Positions 30,372 to 48,338 of a stretch of 64,000 nucleotides of DNA are shown in pieces (the first letter of the stretch is position 1; every line of letters begins with the position of its first letter). This stretch comes from the human T2T-CHM13v2.0 reference genome, Homo sapiens. Below the pieces are notes generated by a model. It had not been told where the DNA came from. It searched no databases and saw nothing but the letters and a program-made list of their open reading frames with translations. The stretch lies in NCBI RefSeq assembly GCF_009914755.1, contig NC_060935.1; one strand, given 5' to 3'. The position numbers and the translations under genes were made by a program.

Positions 30372-30680
30372 TCAGTGGGTGCGTGCACCGTGTGCGAGCC
30401 TAAGCAGGGTGAGGCATTGCCTCACCTGGGAAGCACAAGGGGTCAGGGAGTTCCCTTTCCTAGTCAAAGAAAGGGGTGACAGACGGCACCTGCAAAATTG
30501 GGTCACTCCCACCTGAATACTGCGCTTTTCTGACGGCCTTAAAAAACGGCGCACCAGGAGATTATATCCCGCAACTGGCTGGGAGGGTCCTACGCCCATG
30601 GAGTCTCGCTGATTGCTAGCACAGCAGTCTGAGATCAAACTGCAAGGCGGCAGCGAGGCTGGGGGAGGGGCGCCCGCCAT
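30372..30680 (-). CDS. L1 antisense ORF0-like frame, 102 aa from its ATG
   Basis: MAGAPPPASLPPCSLISDCCASNQRDS matches the ORF0 N-terminus; frame is open to 30372; expression unknown. Confidence 0.5.
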   Translation of the reverse strand: MAGAPPPASLPPCSLISDCCASNQRDSMGVGPSQPVAGYNLLVRRFLRPSEKRSIQVGVTQFCRCRLSPLSLTRKGNSLTPCASQVRQCLTLLRLAHGARTH

Positions 30681-31267
30681 TGCCCAGGCTTGCTTAGGTA
30701 AACAAAGCAGCTGGGAAGCTCCAACTGGGTGGAGCCCACCACAGCTCAAGGAGGCCTGCCTGCCTGCCTCTGTAGGCTCCACCTCTGGGGGCAGGGAACA
30801 GACAAACAAAAAGACAGCAGTAACCTCTGCAGACTTAAATGTCCCTGTCTGACAGCTTTGAAGAGAGCAGTGGTTCTCCCAGCATGCAGCTGGAGATCTG
30901 AGAATGGGCAGACTGCCTCCTCAAGTGGGTCCCTGACCCATGACCCCTGAGCAGCCTAACTGGGAGGCACCCCCCAGCAGGGGCAGACTGACACCTCACT
31001 CGGCCTGGTACTCCTCTGAGACAAAACTTCCAGAAGAACGATCAGACAGCAGCATGCACGGTTCAAGAAAAACCACTGTTCTGCAGACACCGCTGCTGAT
31101 ACCCACGCAAACAGGGTCTGGAGTGGACCTCTAGCAAACTCCAACAGACCTGCAGCTGAGGGTCCTGTCTGTTAGAAGGAAAACTAACAAAAAGAAAGGA
31201 CATCCACACCAAAAACCCATCTGTTCATCACCATAATCAAAGACCAAAAGTAGATAAAACCACAAAG

Positions 31268-32284
31268 ATGGGGAAAAAACAGAACAGAAAAACTGGAAAC
31301 TCTAAAAAGCAGAGCGCCTCTCCTCCTCCAAAGGAATGCAGTTCCTCACCAGAAACGGAACAAAGCTGGAAAGAGAATGACTTTGACAAGCTGAGAGAAG
31401 AAGGCTTCAGACGATCAAACTACTCCGAGCTACAGGAGGAAATTCAAACCAAAGGCAAATAAGTTGAAAACTTTGAAAAAAATTTAGAAGAATGTATAAC
31501 TAGCATAACCAATACAGAGAAGTGCTTAAAGGGGATAATGGAGCTGAAAGCCAAGGCTCGAAAACTACATGAAGAATGCAGAAGCCTCAGGAGCCGATGC
31601 GATCAACTGGAAGAAAGGGTATCACCGATGGAAGATGAAATGAATGAAATGAAGCGAGAGGAGAAGTTTAGAGAAAAAAGAATAAAAAGAAATGAACAAA
31701 GCCTCCAAGAAATATGGGACTATGTGAAAAGACCAAATCTACGTCTGATTGGTGTACATGAAAGTGACAGGGAGAATGGAACCAAGTTGGAAAACACTCT
31801 GCAGGATATTATCCAGGAGAACTTCCCCAATCTAGCAAGGCAGGCCAACATTCAGATTCAGGAAATATAGAGAATGCCACAAAGATACTCCTCGAGAAGA
31901 GCAACTCCAAGATACATAATTGTCAGATTCGCCAAAGTTGAAATGAAGGAAAAAATGTTAAGGGCAGCCAGAGAGAAAGGTCGGGTTACCCTCAAAGGGA
32001 AACCCATCAGACTAACAGCGGATCTCTCGGCAGAAACTCTACAAGCCAGAAGAGAGTGGGGGCCAATATTCAACATTCTTAAAGAAAAGAATTTTCAACC
32101 CAGAATTTCATATCCAGCCAAACTAAGCTTCATAAGCGAAGGAGAAATAAAATACTTTACAGACAAGCAAATGCTGAGAGATTTTGTCACCACCAGGCCT
32201 GCCCTAAAAGAGCTCCTGAAGGAAGTGCTAAACATTGAAAGGAACAACCGGTACCAGCTGCTACAAAATCATGCCAAAATGTAA
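31268..32284 (+). pseudogene. L1 ORF1p, disrupted
   Basis: MGKKQNRKTGNSK ... QNHAKM; in-frame stops at 31460 and 31868. Confidence 0.95.
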
Positions 32285-32347
32285 AGACCATCGAGACTAG
32301 GAAGAAACTGCATCAACTAACGAGCAAAATAACCAGCTAACATCAAA

Positions 32348-36168
<3,821 letters not shown>

Positions 36169-36658
36169 ACAATGAGAACACATGGACACAGGAAGGGGAA
36201 CGTGACACTCTGGGGACTGTTGTGGGGTGGGAGGAGGGGGGAGGGATAGCATTGGGAGATATACCTAATGCTAGATGACGAGTTAGTGGGTGCAGCACAC
36301 CAGCATGGCACATGTATACATATGTAACTAACCTGCATGTTGTGTACATGTACCCTAAAACTTAAAGTACAATAATAATAAAAAAAAGAAAAAAAAAAGA
36401 AAGTATTTGATTAACATGGTGAAACACATTGATGAACCTTTGATTCCTGGTATAAAACCCAAATTTTCATGATTCATTATCTATTTTATATATCATTGGC
36501 TTTGATTTGCACTTGTAAAAAGTAATAGAGAGATCCTGTGTACCTTTTACCAGGTTTCTCCATGAAAAATTGATATTGAAGTAATCCACCAATCTTAGTC
36601 AACGTTTCCAGTTGTGTTTCTGTGTGTGTCTTTAGTTCTTGCAATTTTATTATGTTAA

Positions 36659-37022
<364 letters not shown>

Positions 37023-38389
37023 GTTGTGTTGCACTTTTATAACCACATCTACCTTCCACATCCGCAACACCTGGCAACCACTAATCTGTTTTCCTTATCT
37101 TTAATTTTGTCAATTCAATAATGTTACATAAATGGAGTTATACTGTATGTAACCATTTGGGATTCGCTTTTTTTCACTCAGTATATTTCCCTTTTAATTG
37201 CTGAGTAATATTCCATGGTAAGAATGTATCACTGTCTGTTAGCCATTTGCCCATTGACAATTTGCAGTTTGTTTACAGTTTTGGGTTATTACACGTAAGT
37301 GTTATGAATATTTATGTATTGGTTTTTGTGTGAGCATAAGCTTTTATTCTATGGCATAAATGCCCAAGAACACAAATGCTGGGTTTACAGTGGTTGTATG
37401 TTTTATTTTATAAGAAATTGCCTACTATTTTCAAGAGTGGCTGTAACAGTTTACATTCCCAACAGCAATGTTTGATTCCAGTTTTTCTGAATTCTTGTCA
37501 GTATTTGATGATATCATAAACAAATTTTATCCATTATGACAGATATGTTATGACATCTTATTGTAGTTTAAATTTGCATGTCACTAGTGGCTACTGATGT
37601 TGAACATATTATCATGTGCTTATTTGCCATCTGTATATCCTCTTTGGTGGAATGTCTCTATTCATGCCTTCTGTTCGTTTCCTAATTGGATTTTTTTCTT
37701 TTACTGTTGAGTTTCAAGAGTTCTTTGACCTTACACCTTTACTGTGATTGGATACCTACGATATTTCTGGTGTGAGGCAATATTGCCTTATTCTTCTATG
37801 AACATTCTTATTCATGTCTTTGTTGAGTTTAAATTTACATTTATGTTAGTATACACATGAGAGTAGAATTGTGAGTCATAGATCTGCATGTGTTTATTAT
37901 TGGTAAATATTGACAAATAGTTTCAAAGTGGTTGCACCAACTTTATACTTTCATCAGCTGCATATGAGAGCTCCTTGACAACATTTGTTAATGTCGTTTT
38001 TTAAGTATAACACTTTCTCTGGATGTGTAGTGGACCTCACTAGGTTTTAATTTTTACTTCTCTGCTGATTAACAATGTTGAGGACATTTCTCTTTTTTTG
38101 ATCAGATGGATCGTCATCTTGTAAACTCTCTCAAAGACTTTTGCTTATTTATTTTTAAAAAAGTGGTATCTTCTCTACTGTATGAGTAATTTCTTCATCC
38201 TTTTAATGATGTCTTTTGATGAATAAAGTTTTTAAATTTTAATGAAGTAAATTTTATTAATCTTTTTATATAGTTAATGCTTTTTCTTCACAGCCAGTCT
38301 TGTACCTGCTTCTTTGAAAGTAATGTGTTTTTATTCTCTAACAACTTTTAAGATTTTTTTTCTCAGAAACATTGACTAATACCAAAATC

Positions 38390-38632
38390 TGTATTAGTCA
38401 GAGTTCTCTAGAGGGACATAACTAATAGGATAGATGTATACATAAAGGGGAGTTTATTAAGGAGTACTGACTCACACAATCACAAGGCGAGGTCCCACAA
38501 TAGGCCATCTGCCAGCTGAAGAGCAAGGAAGCCAGTCCGAGTCTCAAGGCTGACAAACTTGGAGTCCAATATTCAAGGGCAAGAAGAGTCCAGCATGGGA
38601 GAAAGACATAGACCAGAAATCTAAACCAGTCT
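38390..38632 (-). mobile_element. MLT2 (ERVL) LTR fragment
   Basis: tgtattagtcagagttctctagagggac ... gtcccacaataggccatctgc. Confidence 0.8.
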
Positions 38633-41600
38633 AAGTGACATTAGACATTTTCTTGAGTTTTCTTTCTGCAATTTTCTTTACGTAAGGATCTGAATACCTC
38701 AAATTTGGTTGACTAAGCGTCTTGAACTCCAATTTTTGGGGACATCCCATTCTAGCAAGACTACTTAAATTTCTCCTCCTGCTTTATGCACTGAAGCAAA
38801 TTGACAAATTTCAGGAGGAAAAATAGTGGTGCTGATCTACAACTAACCTCAATGCCCTTTTTTTTTTCTTTTGGGATCATGGCTCCTTAAATCCTGTTTG
38901 CCTTGATTTCTCTCTAATGATTTCAAACCACTGCTTTTAAAAATCCAGGTTTTATAGTTGTCAGTCCCCATATGAGCAAAAAATAATAAAATTAAATTAA
39001 ATTAAAATTAAAATCCAGGTTTTATAGTTGTTCTTAGTTGTAATACTAGTCAGATGCAAACTACTCCTTCATAGCTAGAAGCAAGATTATGATTATTGTT
39101 AATAATCAAATCATCTCAAATTTTGATAATGGGAGTCCAGTTAAGCTGGATTCTGGATCATTTTGATATGTACCCTCAATTCATGATACTCCTTTACTCT
39201 CTGCCACAACAAAATGTTTCAAGGTCACTTTGTACTTACTCTGCCAAAGACATAGATTCAGTTATATCTCTAAGGATTCCAGTTATTTGTAGTGAAAAAT
39301 GATGTTTAGAAGCCAAGATCTGGGGAAAAAGTATACTTATCGCTACCAGAGTAACATTGCTTCTGAATCTTTCCATGGCTTAATTGCATGTATTTAATCA
39401 TTAATGCTAACAAAAATTCAAATACAATACCATAGCATTTGTCCTTGCCTTTTCCTATTCCATATTTACCCTTTCTTTCATCCTACAGTACAAAAACCAG
39501 TGTTAAAATGTCTATACCAATGCCATCACCAATAAAACTTAATAAAGCTCACAATTTCTGTGCATTTCCTTTTTTCTTAGAACATTTTATTGAGTGTACC
39601 TTCAAAATATTATTTTCTCAGATTAAGTTTTTCTATATAAATATGTTATCAATCAACATAGAGGTAGGGTCACTTGTTTCTCTTTTGTGTTGAACTTTGT
39701 GGAACATATCAATGGAATCAAATGATTATTTACTTGAGAACTATTAATATAAGGATTTATATTAATATATTTCCTAATACTAATATAAGGATTTACATTA
39801 ATAGATTTCTTAATATGAGTCTTTAATCTCCAGAGCAAATATGGTTTGGTGATGATGTATTATTTCCTTGACACCTTGTTGGCAGGTTTCATTTGCAAAT
39901 ACTTAGGATTCTTGAATCAATATTCATAAGGAAACATGATTTCCTAGTTTTGTGTGTGTGTCTTTGTCAAGCTTAGTTATCAATATTACATTTATTTCAA
40001 ACTTTTTCTTATTTTATTTCTATGCTTTGGAACAATTTAAAAAAGAATGGTCTTTGAAGAATTGGTCAAATTTCCTACATAATCATCTAGTTTGAGTGAT
40101 TTTTGAGCAGGTAGTTGTTTGAATTCTTTATCATTTTATACGTCAATCAGTTTGTTGAAACATTCTATTACAACCAGGGTCAATTATGATAAATAGTATT
40201 TTTGCATAGGATTTCAAATACATTTCCATAGGTTTACCTGTAATAATCTCATAAGTTTGTTCATTTCATTTTTAAGTTATTTCCCCTCTGCAGCATTTCA
40301 TTTTGTAGATAATTAAATACTTTCACCTTTTATTCTTTGCATAATTACATAATAGTGGTTTGTTCATTTGGTAGTTTTACCCAAAGAGCCCTAATTGTAT
40401 TACTTTGACTTTTTAATATATTTTATTAATTTATAATTTGAGTACAATAAAGTGTACCCATTCTAAGTGTACAGTTTGAGCACTCTTGGAAGTGCACTTT
40501 TATAAACACATCATAATCAAGACATAGAACATTCTCACCTCCACAAAAACTCTTTTAGGCACATTTGTAATAAATCGCCACTACCATTTCTGTCATTAAT
40601 CTAAAGAAAACTACTAATCTGCTTTCTATCACAACAGGTTTGTTTTGCTATTCTAGAATATCATATAAATAAAATGATACAGTATGGGTCTTTTGTGTCT
40701 GCCTTCTTTCACTTAATATAATGCTTTTGACATTCATCAGGTTGCTCTATCAGTTCATATCTTATTATTAATAGCTCAGTATTCCATTGTAAAGATATAA
40801 TAACTTGCATATACTTTTACTGTGTATCTTATATATCTTCTTTGGGAAGTATCTGTTTCAATCTTCTGTTATTGTTATTGAGTTGTTTGCCTTCTTATTA
40901 ATGTAAGAATACTCATTCCAAAAGGTATAAACAATCATAAAGATATATAAAATATATGGTGAGAGTATAAATTGTCTTATAGTTATGTAATATAGTATTG
41001 TGTGTGTATTGTCTATGTATATAGAGAAAATACAAAATACTTTTTGCTCATCTGTGAGTTGCCTTTTTATTATATTAATGGCATTTTTTGAAGAGTCTTG
41101 CCTGATACTCTACCTCTGTATCCCATTGTCTCTAGCTTTTTCAGTTACATGACCCAAGATATTTCCCTGCAAAAACCAGCATGAGCTGGGGTTTTCCCCA
41201 GCAGAAAGAATCCTGAGCAATGCCTAGTGAGCTCAAGGCAATTTATCAGCAGCTTTCCTAGTGTCCAGATGTTAAATCAATAAAAATATTAATTACCATT
41301 TCAGAACCCAAGCTCAGAGCAATGGAGCAGTTGGTTCCAGACCACATCGCAATTGCAATGTTGATTTTTATTTTCCTCTGGGAGGTAGATGGTATATTTT
41401 TCTCCATAATGTTTGCTTATCATCATTTATCAATTCGATATTTTTTCTAAGCCATTTAACAGTTTTATTTATCAATTTAGATGCATGTCTTCACTTCCAA
41501 CTAGACTGAGTTCTTTAATGGCAAAACATATTTCCTCACACTTAGTAGGTACTAAAAATAATCTGAGCACACTAAACTTACTGGTTTTCTTATGTTCTAT

Positions 41601-43122
41601 CAGAAATAGAACACACAACTTTACCTCAATTTTCTGTAAACTCATTTGGTAATCATTTTTTCTTCTTCATACTACCTTTCACCCAATCAAATACCAAGTC
41701 TTACGAATTATATATCTGCAAAATCTGTAGTTCTTCATCTTCACTATTATTTCCTTAGTCCAGACACATCATTTCTTGCTTAAATGGCTTATTATTTTTA
41801 CTTTGATTCTCTGCTTTTTGGGGGATGAAACTTTAAAGACACATCTAAGATATAATCCACATTGCAATCAGCAATACTTTACAAATATCTATTCCATTTA
41901 TTTATTTATTTGCTATGTGCCAACACTATGCTATGCTTTGTGGTTGTTAAGATGAAAAAAGAAGAGCTCCTGGCTTTCCTTTTATAAGTAGAGTAGACAA
42001 ACTTCAGAAAAATAATGAGGAATCAAAGAAGCAAGTATGAGTCAATTTATTTGGGAGCATATAAATGGCAGTGAATACTTGAGCTGAACCTTGAAAGAGG
42101 AGTAGAAATTTGTTTGTCGTGTTCCTTTGTTTTTAGTTGGAGCCGAGTTGAGAAATAATTTAGATTGTGTCCTGTAAGCAATGAAAAAGGAAATTGCCAT
42201 TATTTTTATTTTTAAAAGATAATGTTAGTGGCAATTTAGAGACTGCTTGGAATTAGGAAGTTTTGATCATGTGAGTCTTTTTTGTATGACTATATTGAGT
42301 ATTTGGAATTTAATCAAGAAAACTTGCCATTTAAAAAAAAACTTCAGCTACTTTTTTTTTATGATAGAACAGCAAAGCACCATAAACCAGACCTATTTAT
42401 GAGGCAGAGATTTGCTTAACAGGTTCCTTAGGCCAATGTAAAGCAGCTAGGCACCTAATACCCTGGATAAGCAGAACTGTGGTATGAGGAAAAATGCAGA
42501 AAAGTGTGCACAGGGACTTAGGAGCCTCTGGAGAGGGAGGGATTAAGAGCTGTCTCCTTTCTTCTTGAGGTTCAAGTTTTACTCATGAATTGATTAATTT
42601 TCACAAAAGATCCACTGACCCAGAAAGGACTGAAGGGGAGTCTACCAAGAGGGGAAGGAGAGCCTGACTGGCGAGGTAGGCTCAACAATAGGACCTAAAT
42701 AGGCATGAGAATGGGCATGTGGCTGACATTATCAACTACTCCTTAGCCTAGAGGAGAACTTCAGGCACAGTGACTGGGCCTTAAATGTAGAGTAAAGAAC
42801 TATGACCTTTTAAGTCCAATCTAGAGCATCTTTAAATGAAGGGAATGCTCGTGGGAGTGGGATTCAGACCAGTAAAGATGTCTTTGCTGCATCTGATCAG
42901 GAAATGTTCACTAGTGCAGCACTAGTCCTCAATTGCACCATTGATTGTAAAAGAAACAAGGTAAACAAAAAACTGGCATTTGCTCATGGCCAGATCTGAT
43001 TCTTAAGTTCTTGTTTAGCCTAGAAGCAGTTGCAGCTGTTTTGAACTGAATAATTCCCAGGGGTTCTTAGACAATTGCTAGGTATTGAGAAAGCCCCAAG
43101 AGAGACACTCTACAACCTTTGC

Positions 43123-43698
43123 TGTGTTAATTTTCTTGGGCTGCCATAACAAAGTGCAACAGACTAGGTGGCTTAAACAATAGAAATTTATGTTCTCACA
43201 GTTCTGGGGGTTAGAAGTTAGAGATCAGAGTATCAACAGGACTAGTTCATTCTGCATCCTCTCTCCTTCACTTGTAGATGGCCGTCCTCTCCCTGTGTCC
43301 TCACATGGCCTCTGCAGATATCTGTGTCCTCATATCCTCCTCTTCTAAAGTCACCAGTCATATTGGATTATGGTTCACTCTACTGACCTCATTCTACCTT
43401 AATTACCCCCTTTAAACAGCTTATTTTCAGGCCAGGTGAGGTGGCTAACACCTGTAAACCCAGCACTTTGGGAGGGCCAGGAAGGCAGCCCAGGAATTTG
43501 AGATCAGCCTGGGTAACATGGTGAAAACCCATCTCTACAGAAAATAAAAAATTAGCTGGGTATGGTGGCTCATGCCTGTAGTCCCGCATAGTCCAAGCTA
43601 CTTAGGAGGATCACCTGAACTCTGGGATGCTGAGGCTTCAGTGAGCCGTGACTGCACCACGGTACTCCAGCCTGGACAACAGAGGGAGACCCTGTCTC

Positions 43699-43743
<45 letters not shown>

Positions 43744-43839
43744 CGAGCCTATCTCCAAATACAGTCACATTCTTAGGTGCCAGGCATTAGGGCTTCAATA
43801 CATGAATTTTGGTGAGATGATAAAACTCAGCCTATAACA
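43123..43839 (-). mobile_element. MLT1A-like solo LTR with an inserted Alu
   Basis: tgtgttaattttcttgggctgccataacaaag ... cagcctataaca; flanks tttgc / cttgc. Confidence 0.85.
43430..43745 (+). mobile_element. AluJ-like element with (caa)n tail
   Basis: Diverged dimeric Alu, gagaccctgtctc followed by about 15 caa units. Confidence 0.88.
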
Positions 43840-46408
43840 CTTGCCATGTTGCACGAATGGAGACTTGAGTGAATTTGAATGTTAAAAAGATACAGCCCCT
43901 TAAAATTATTTTATTGTCAAATCTTTACTCATCACCAGTTTAATCAAATCTAATGCTGTACTAACTTGCTTCAGAACTTTGTGTTAAACAACCAAATAAA
44001 TATAGAAGACACTGCTGGATTCCCTGTGTGTTCCTCTCCATTCCCATTCATGTCTGTCCCTCCAGAGAAGTTTCCAGTATGTATCCTAAAACATTGCTAG
44101 GATATTTTTATTCTTTTGTTGCAATCTTATCTGTACTCCAAGATAGTGAAATATATCAAACCAGTTACATCTGCTTACTATTCTTATATAAATGTTAACT
44201 TCAGAATAAATCCATACTCTGTAGCATGGCATGTTCCTTAAATATCTGTCCTCACCTGCGTTTTCAGTCCCACTCACTGCCCTTCCCCTCTGTAATAGTG
44301 AGCGGAACATGCCATTTGCACATATGTATCTCCATTCCTTTCCACGTGCTCCTCTCTTTGCCCGGAAAGACCTTGCCTCCTTGCATCTGTTTTGTTAAAT
44401 AATAATTAGATAACACTTCTGTCACAATACACATTATATCAATTACAATAAGTTTTGTTACACGTTTTACCCAAACGATTCAGAGTTTTACCCAAATGAT
44501 TCAGAGTACCTTGAATGTAACGAGTAAACTTTTTATAGGTCAATGTCTAGAGTTTGGCATATAGAATGTTATTAGCTCAACTAAAGCTAGTTTAAAAAAT
44601 GATTAATGCATAGATCAGTTGGTTGTTGATGCTGCTTGGCAGCACATGCCTAGCCCGTGAAATTGAGAAAAATTTTAATTACTTACTAAATCTGAAAATC
44701 ATGTGTCTCAGAGTCTCTGCTTCAACAACAGAAAAAGCACCTAGATAAGGGGAAAATATAAATACATTTTCTAAAAGTTGTTTCTCCCACTGAGACTTGC
44801 ATACCACTGCTGACTTCCCTCTGCGACTGTGGTATGTATGACTGACAGGCTTCAGGATACCTAAGCGCAGCCCACATTTGAAACCTGGCAGCTCAGCCTC
44901 CCCTCATCCTGCTGGGAGCTGTTACAAGCTATGAGGTGCCAGTGGGTTTTATTCCTGCCTTATTAAAATGGAGAACTAGACCCCAAAAATTAAAGCTCCC
45001 AAAACCCACAACTCAGAAAAGGAAATTGGGGTTTAGGGAGGCATATAATAGATTTCTTCACACAAATTCTAAAATTTAAAGGCCGTTTTATTACAGCCAC
45101 ATTCAAAATCTACTGTAAACTCAACTCCTTCCTCTGAAGAAAAAAAAAATACCATTTCTAAGAAATCATAGGTCATAGACTTCCTAGGAAAAGGTAGAAG
45201 TCTGTTTCTCTCCAGGTAACGATTCTCCCAAATACGGCTATCTCTGCATGGGAGATAGCCCCCACCTCTCATTTGCTAAATCGGGCAGCCGGTTCCTGCA
45301 CACAGCCTTGCTTCTCCATCACCTCCCAGTGCTAATTGCTTCTCTAGGATGTGTTGAGAAGCTGGAGTGGGAGGAGCTGGGCAGCATCCTGAGGTAATTC
45401 CTGAGGGCTCTTTTCCTGTACTCATTATTCCTGTCTGACACTGTCAGCCTCCAGGTTTCTTCAGAGCACCTCAGGTCAGTCATGCTAGAAGATGGCATCA
45501 TGAGCCACCTGCCTTCTGAATGATATAATGGGAGGTTAATTCCCAGGCACAGTGCCTGGGGAAGCCAGAGAGTGTGCAAGGGAGACTGGTAATTCCCAGG
45601 TAGATCTGTGTCAGCTGTCTTGCCCTAATTACTGAAAGCAGACAGAAGCCCTCTAGGTGAGTAGACCCAGTAGGACGCAGGCTGCCTAGGAAGTTTTCAC
45701 TAGAGATCAAGCCAGAGGAGAGTGCAGAGACCTCATGGGAAGCTTTGCCTGGAATGAACCAAGGGTTCATAAAATAGGCCACTGGGTAGGTTTTCTTTTG
45801 TGAACCTCAGAATGCCTGACCCAGGGCTCAAGGCTTATTCAGCAATCATTCAGTGTCACATGACTTGGCTCATAGGCTGAGAACAGAAATGTCTTTACAG
45901 AGGGTAATATAAGAAAATTTGACTTGCTAAAGCAATAGCTAAGTTAAGGGTAGCAACAAGTACCTGAAACACCCCTAATATATGCATTTTTAAATAAAAG
46001 CTCTCTCACCACACACACACAGAGCAATAAACTAATTTCCTTTTTTTTTACTGGAAAAGAGCCTATGCAAACGTAACAAGTATGAGACACACTGACTCTC
46101 TAAAGAGATCAGAAATCATCTAGAAGGACCATCTCTGCGAGACATTTCTACACTGGAATGCACATTGTTCCAAGACTGTTTTAACTCTTCCATGTGATCA
46201 TGCCTGTTTCCTCAAATAAATGGCAACACTCTCAGCTAGATCGTTATTTGTCTCATCTACTTTTGCAAAGTCCACAGGGTCTAGTAAAGTGACAGGCAAA
46301 ATAAGGTGCTAAGTCAGCGTTCCTGGAGAGAAAAGAAATAAGGGGGTGAAGAAAACAAAGGCAGGATGGAGGCAGGGAAGGAGATAGGGAGGAAAATTAG
46401 AAGGTGAT

Positions 46409-46801
46409 TGTCAGACCTCTGAGCCCAAGCTAAGCCATCCCCTGTGACCTGCACGTATACATCCAGATGGCCTGAAGTAACAGAAGAATGACAAAAGAAG
46501 TGAAAATAGCTTGTTCCTGCCTTAACTGAGGACATTACCTTGTGAAATTCCTTTGCCTGGCTCATCCTGGCTCAAAAGCTCCCCCACTGAGCACCTTGTG
46601 ACCCCCCCACCCTGCCCACCGAGAACAACCCCCTTTGACTGTAATTTTCCTTTACCTACCCAAATCTTATAAAATGTCCCCACCCCATCTCCCTTTGCTG
46701 ACTCTTTTCAGACTCAGCCCGCCTGCACCCAGGTGAAATAAACAGCCTTGTTGCTCACACAAAGCCTGTTTGGTGGTCTCTTCACATGGACACAAGTGAA
46801 A
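46409..46801 (+). promoter_or_regulatory. 5' LTR7
   Basis: tgtcagacctctgagcccaagctaagcc; TATAAAA 46668, AATAAA 46737, CACCC boxes. Confidence 0.93.
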
Positions 46802-46804
46802 TTT

Positions 46805-46822
46805 TGGCGCCATGGCTGGGAT
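46805..46822 (+). other. tRNA-His primer binding site (degenerate)
   Basis: tggcgccatggctgggat versus tggtgccgtgactcggat, 4 mismatches. Confidence 0.85.
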
Positions 46823-48338
46823 CAGGGGACCTCCCTTGGGAGATCAATCCCCTCTCCTCCTACTCTTTGCTCTGAGAGAAAGATCCACCTATGACCTCTG
46901 GTCCTCAGACTAACCAGCCCAAGGAACATCTCACCAATTTTAAATCTAGTAAGCAACCTTTTTTTTACTCTCTTCTCCAACCTCTCTCACTATCCCTCAA
47001 CCTCTTTCTCCTTTTAATCTTAGTGCCACACTTCAGTCTCTCCCTTCTCTTAATTTCAGTTCCTTTCCTTTTCGGGTAGAGACAAAGGAGAGGCATTTTA
47101 TCCATGGACTCAAAACTCTGGTGCCGGTCACGGACTCCAGAAGGCAGCCTTCCCTTGGTGTTTAATCATTGCAGGGACACCTGCCTGATTATTCACCCAC
47201 GTTTCAGAGGTGTCTGACCACGTGGAGACACCTGCCTTGGTCCTTCACCCTTAGCAGAAAGTACTGCTTCTCTGGTGGGGAGGAACCCCCGACCCCTTCT
47301 CTCCGTGTCTCTACCCCTTCTCCACTTTCCTGGGGGGCAAGCACCCCCCAACCCCTTCTCTCCGTGTCTCTACTCTCTTTTCTCTGGGCTTGCCTCCTTC
47401 ACTATGGGCAGCCTTCCACCCTCCATTCCTCCTTCTCCCTTAGCCTGTGTTCTCAAGAACTTAAAACCTCTTCAACTCACATCTGACCTAAAACCTGAAC
47501 ACCTTATTTTCTTCTACAATGCTGCTTGACCCCAATACAAACTCGACAGTGGTTCCAAATAGCCAGAAAATGCCACTTTCAATTTTTCCATCCTACAAGA
47601 TCTAGATAATTATTGCCGTAAAATGGGCAAACGGTCTGAGGTGCCTGACGTCCAGGCATTCTTTTATACATTGTTCCCTCTGTAGTCTCTGTTCCCAATG
47701 CGACTCATCCCAAATCCTCCTTCTTTCCCTCCCACCTGTCCTCTCAGTCCCAACCCCAAGTGTGGCTGAGTCTTTCTAATCTTCCTTTTCTACAGACCCA
47801 TCTGACCTCTCCCCTCCTCCCCAGGCTGCTCCCCGCCAGGCCGAGCCAGGTCCCAATTCTTCCTCAGCCTCTGCTCCACCACCCTATAATCCTTTAATCA
47901 CCTCCCCTCCTCACACCCGGTCTGGCTTACAGTTTCATTCTGCGACTAGCCCTCCCCCACCTGCCCAGCAATTTCCTCTTAAAAAGATGGCTGGAGCTAA
48001 AGGCATAGTCAAGGCTAATGCTTCTGTTTCTTTATCTGACCTCTCCCAAAATCAGTTAGCATTTAGGCTCTTTTTCATCGAATATAAAAACCCAGCCCAG
48101 TTTGTGGCTCGTTTGGCAGCAACCCTGAGATGCTTTACAGCCCTAGACCCTGAAAGGTCAGAAGGCCGTCTTATTCTCAACATGCATTTTATTTTATTAC
48201 CCAATCTGCTCCCGACATTAAATAAAGCTCCAAAAATTAAATTCCGGCCCCCAAACCCCACAACAGGACTTAATTAAACTCACCTTAAAGGTGTACAATG
48301 TTAGGGTAGAGGCAGCCAAGTAGCAACATATTTCTGAG

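Noticed and set aside
42370-43080. GC-richer tract that might be an old LTR or pseudogene
   Set aside because: No recognisable termini, TSD or reading frame; cannot assign without a database
44464-44507. 21-bp tandem duplication gttttacccaaa(c/t)gattcaga; similar micro-duplications near 7165, 9985, 18168, 39745 and 63456
   Set aside because: Ordinary slippage duplications
45069-45782. Short ORFs and enhancer-like unique DNA upstream of HERV-H
   Set aside because: No recognisable protein, CpG island or convincing motif cluster
47281-47380. Direct repeat accccttctctccgtgtctctac in the HERV-H leader
   Set aside because: Normal feature of HERV-H internal sequence
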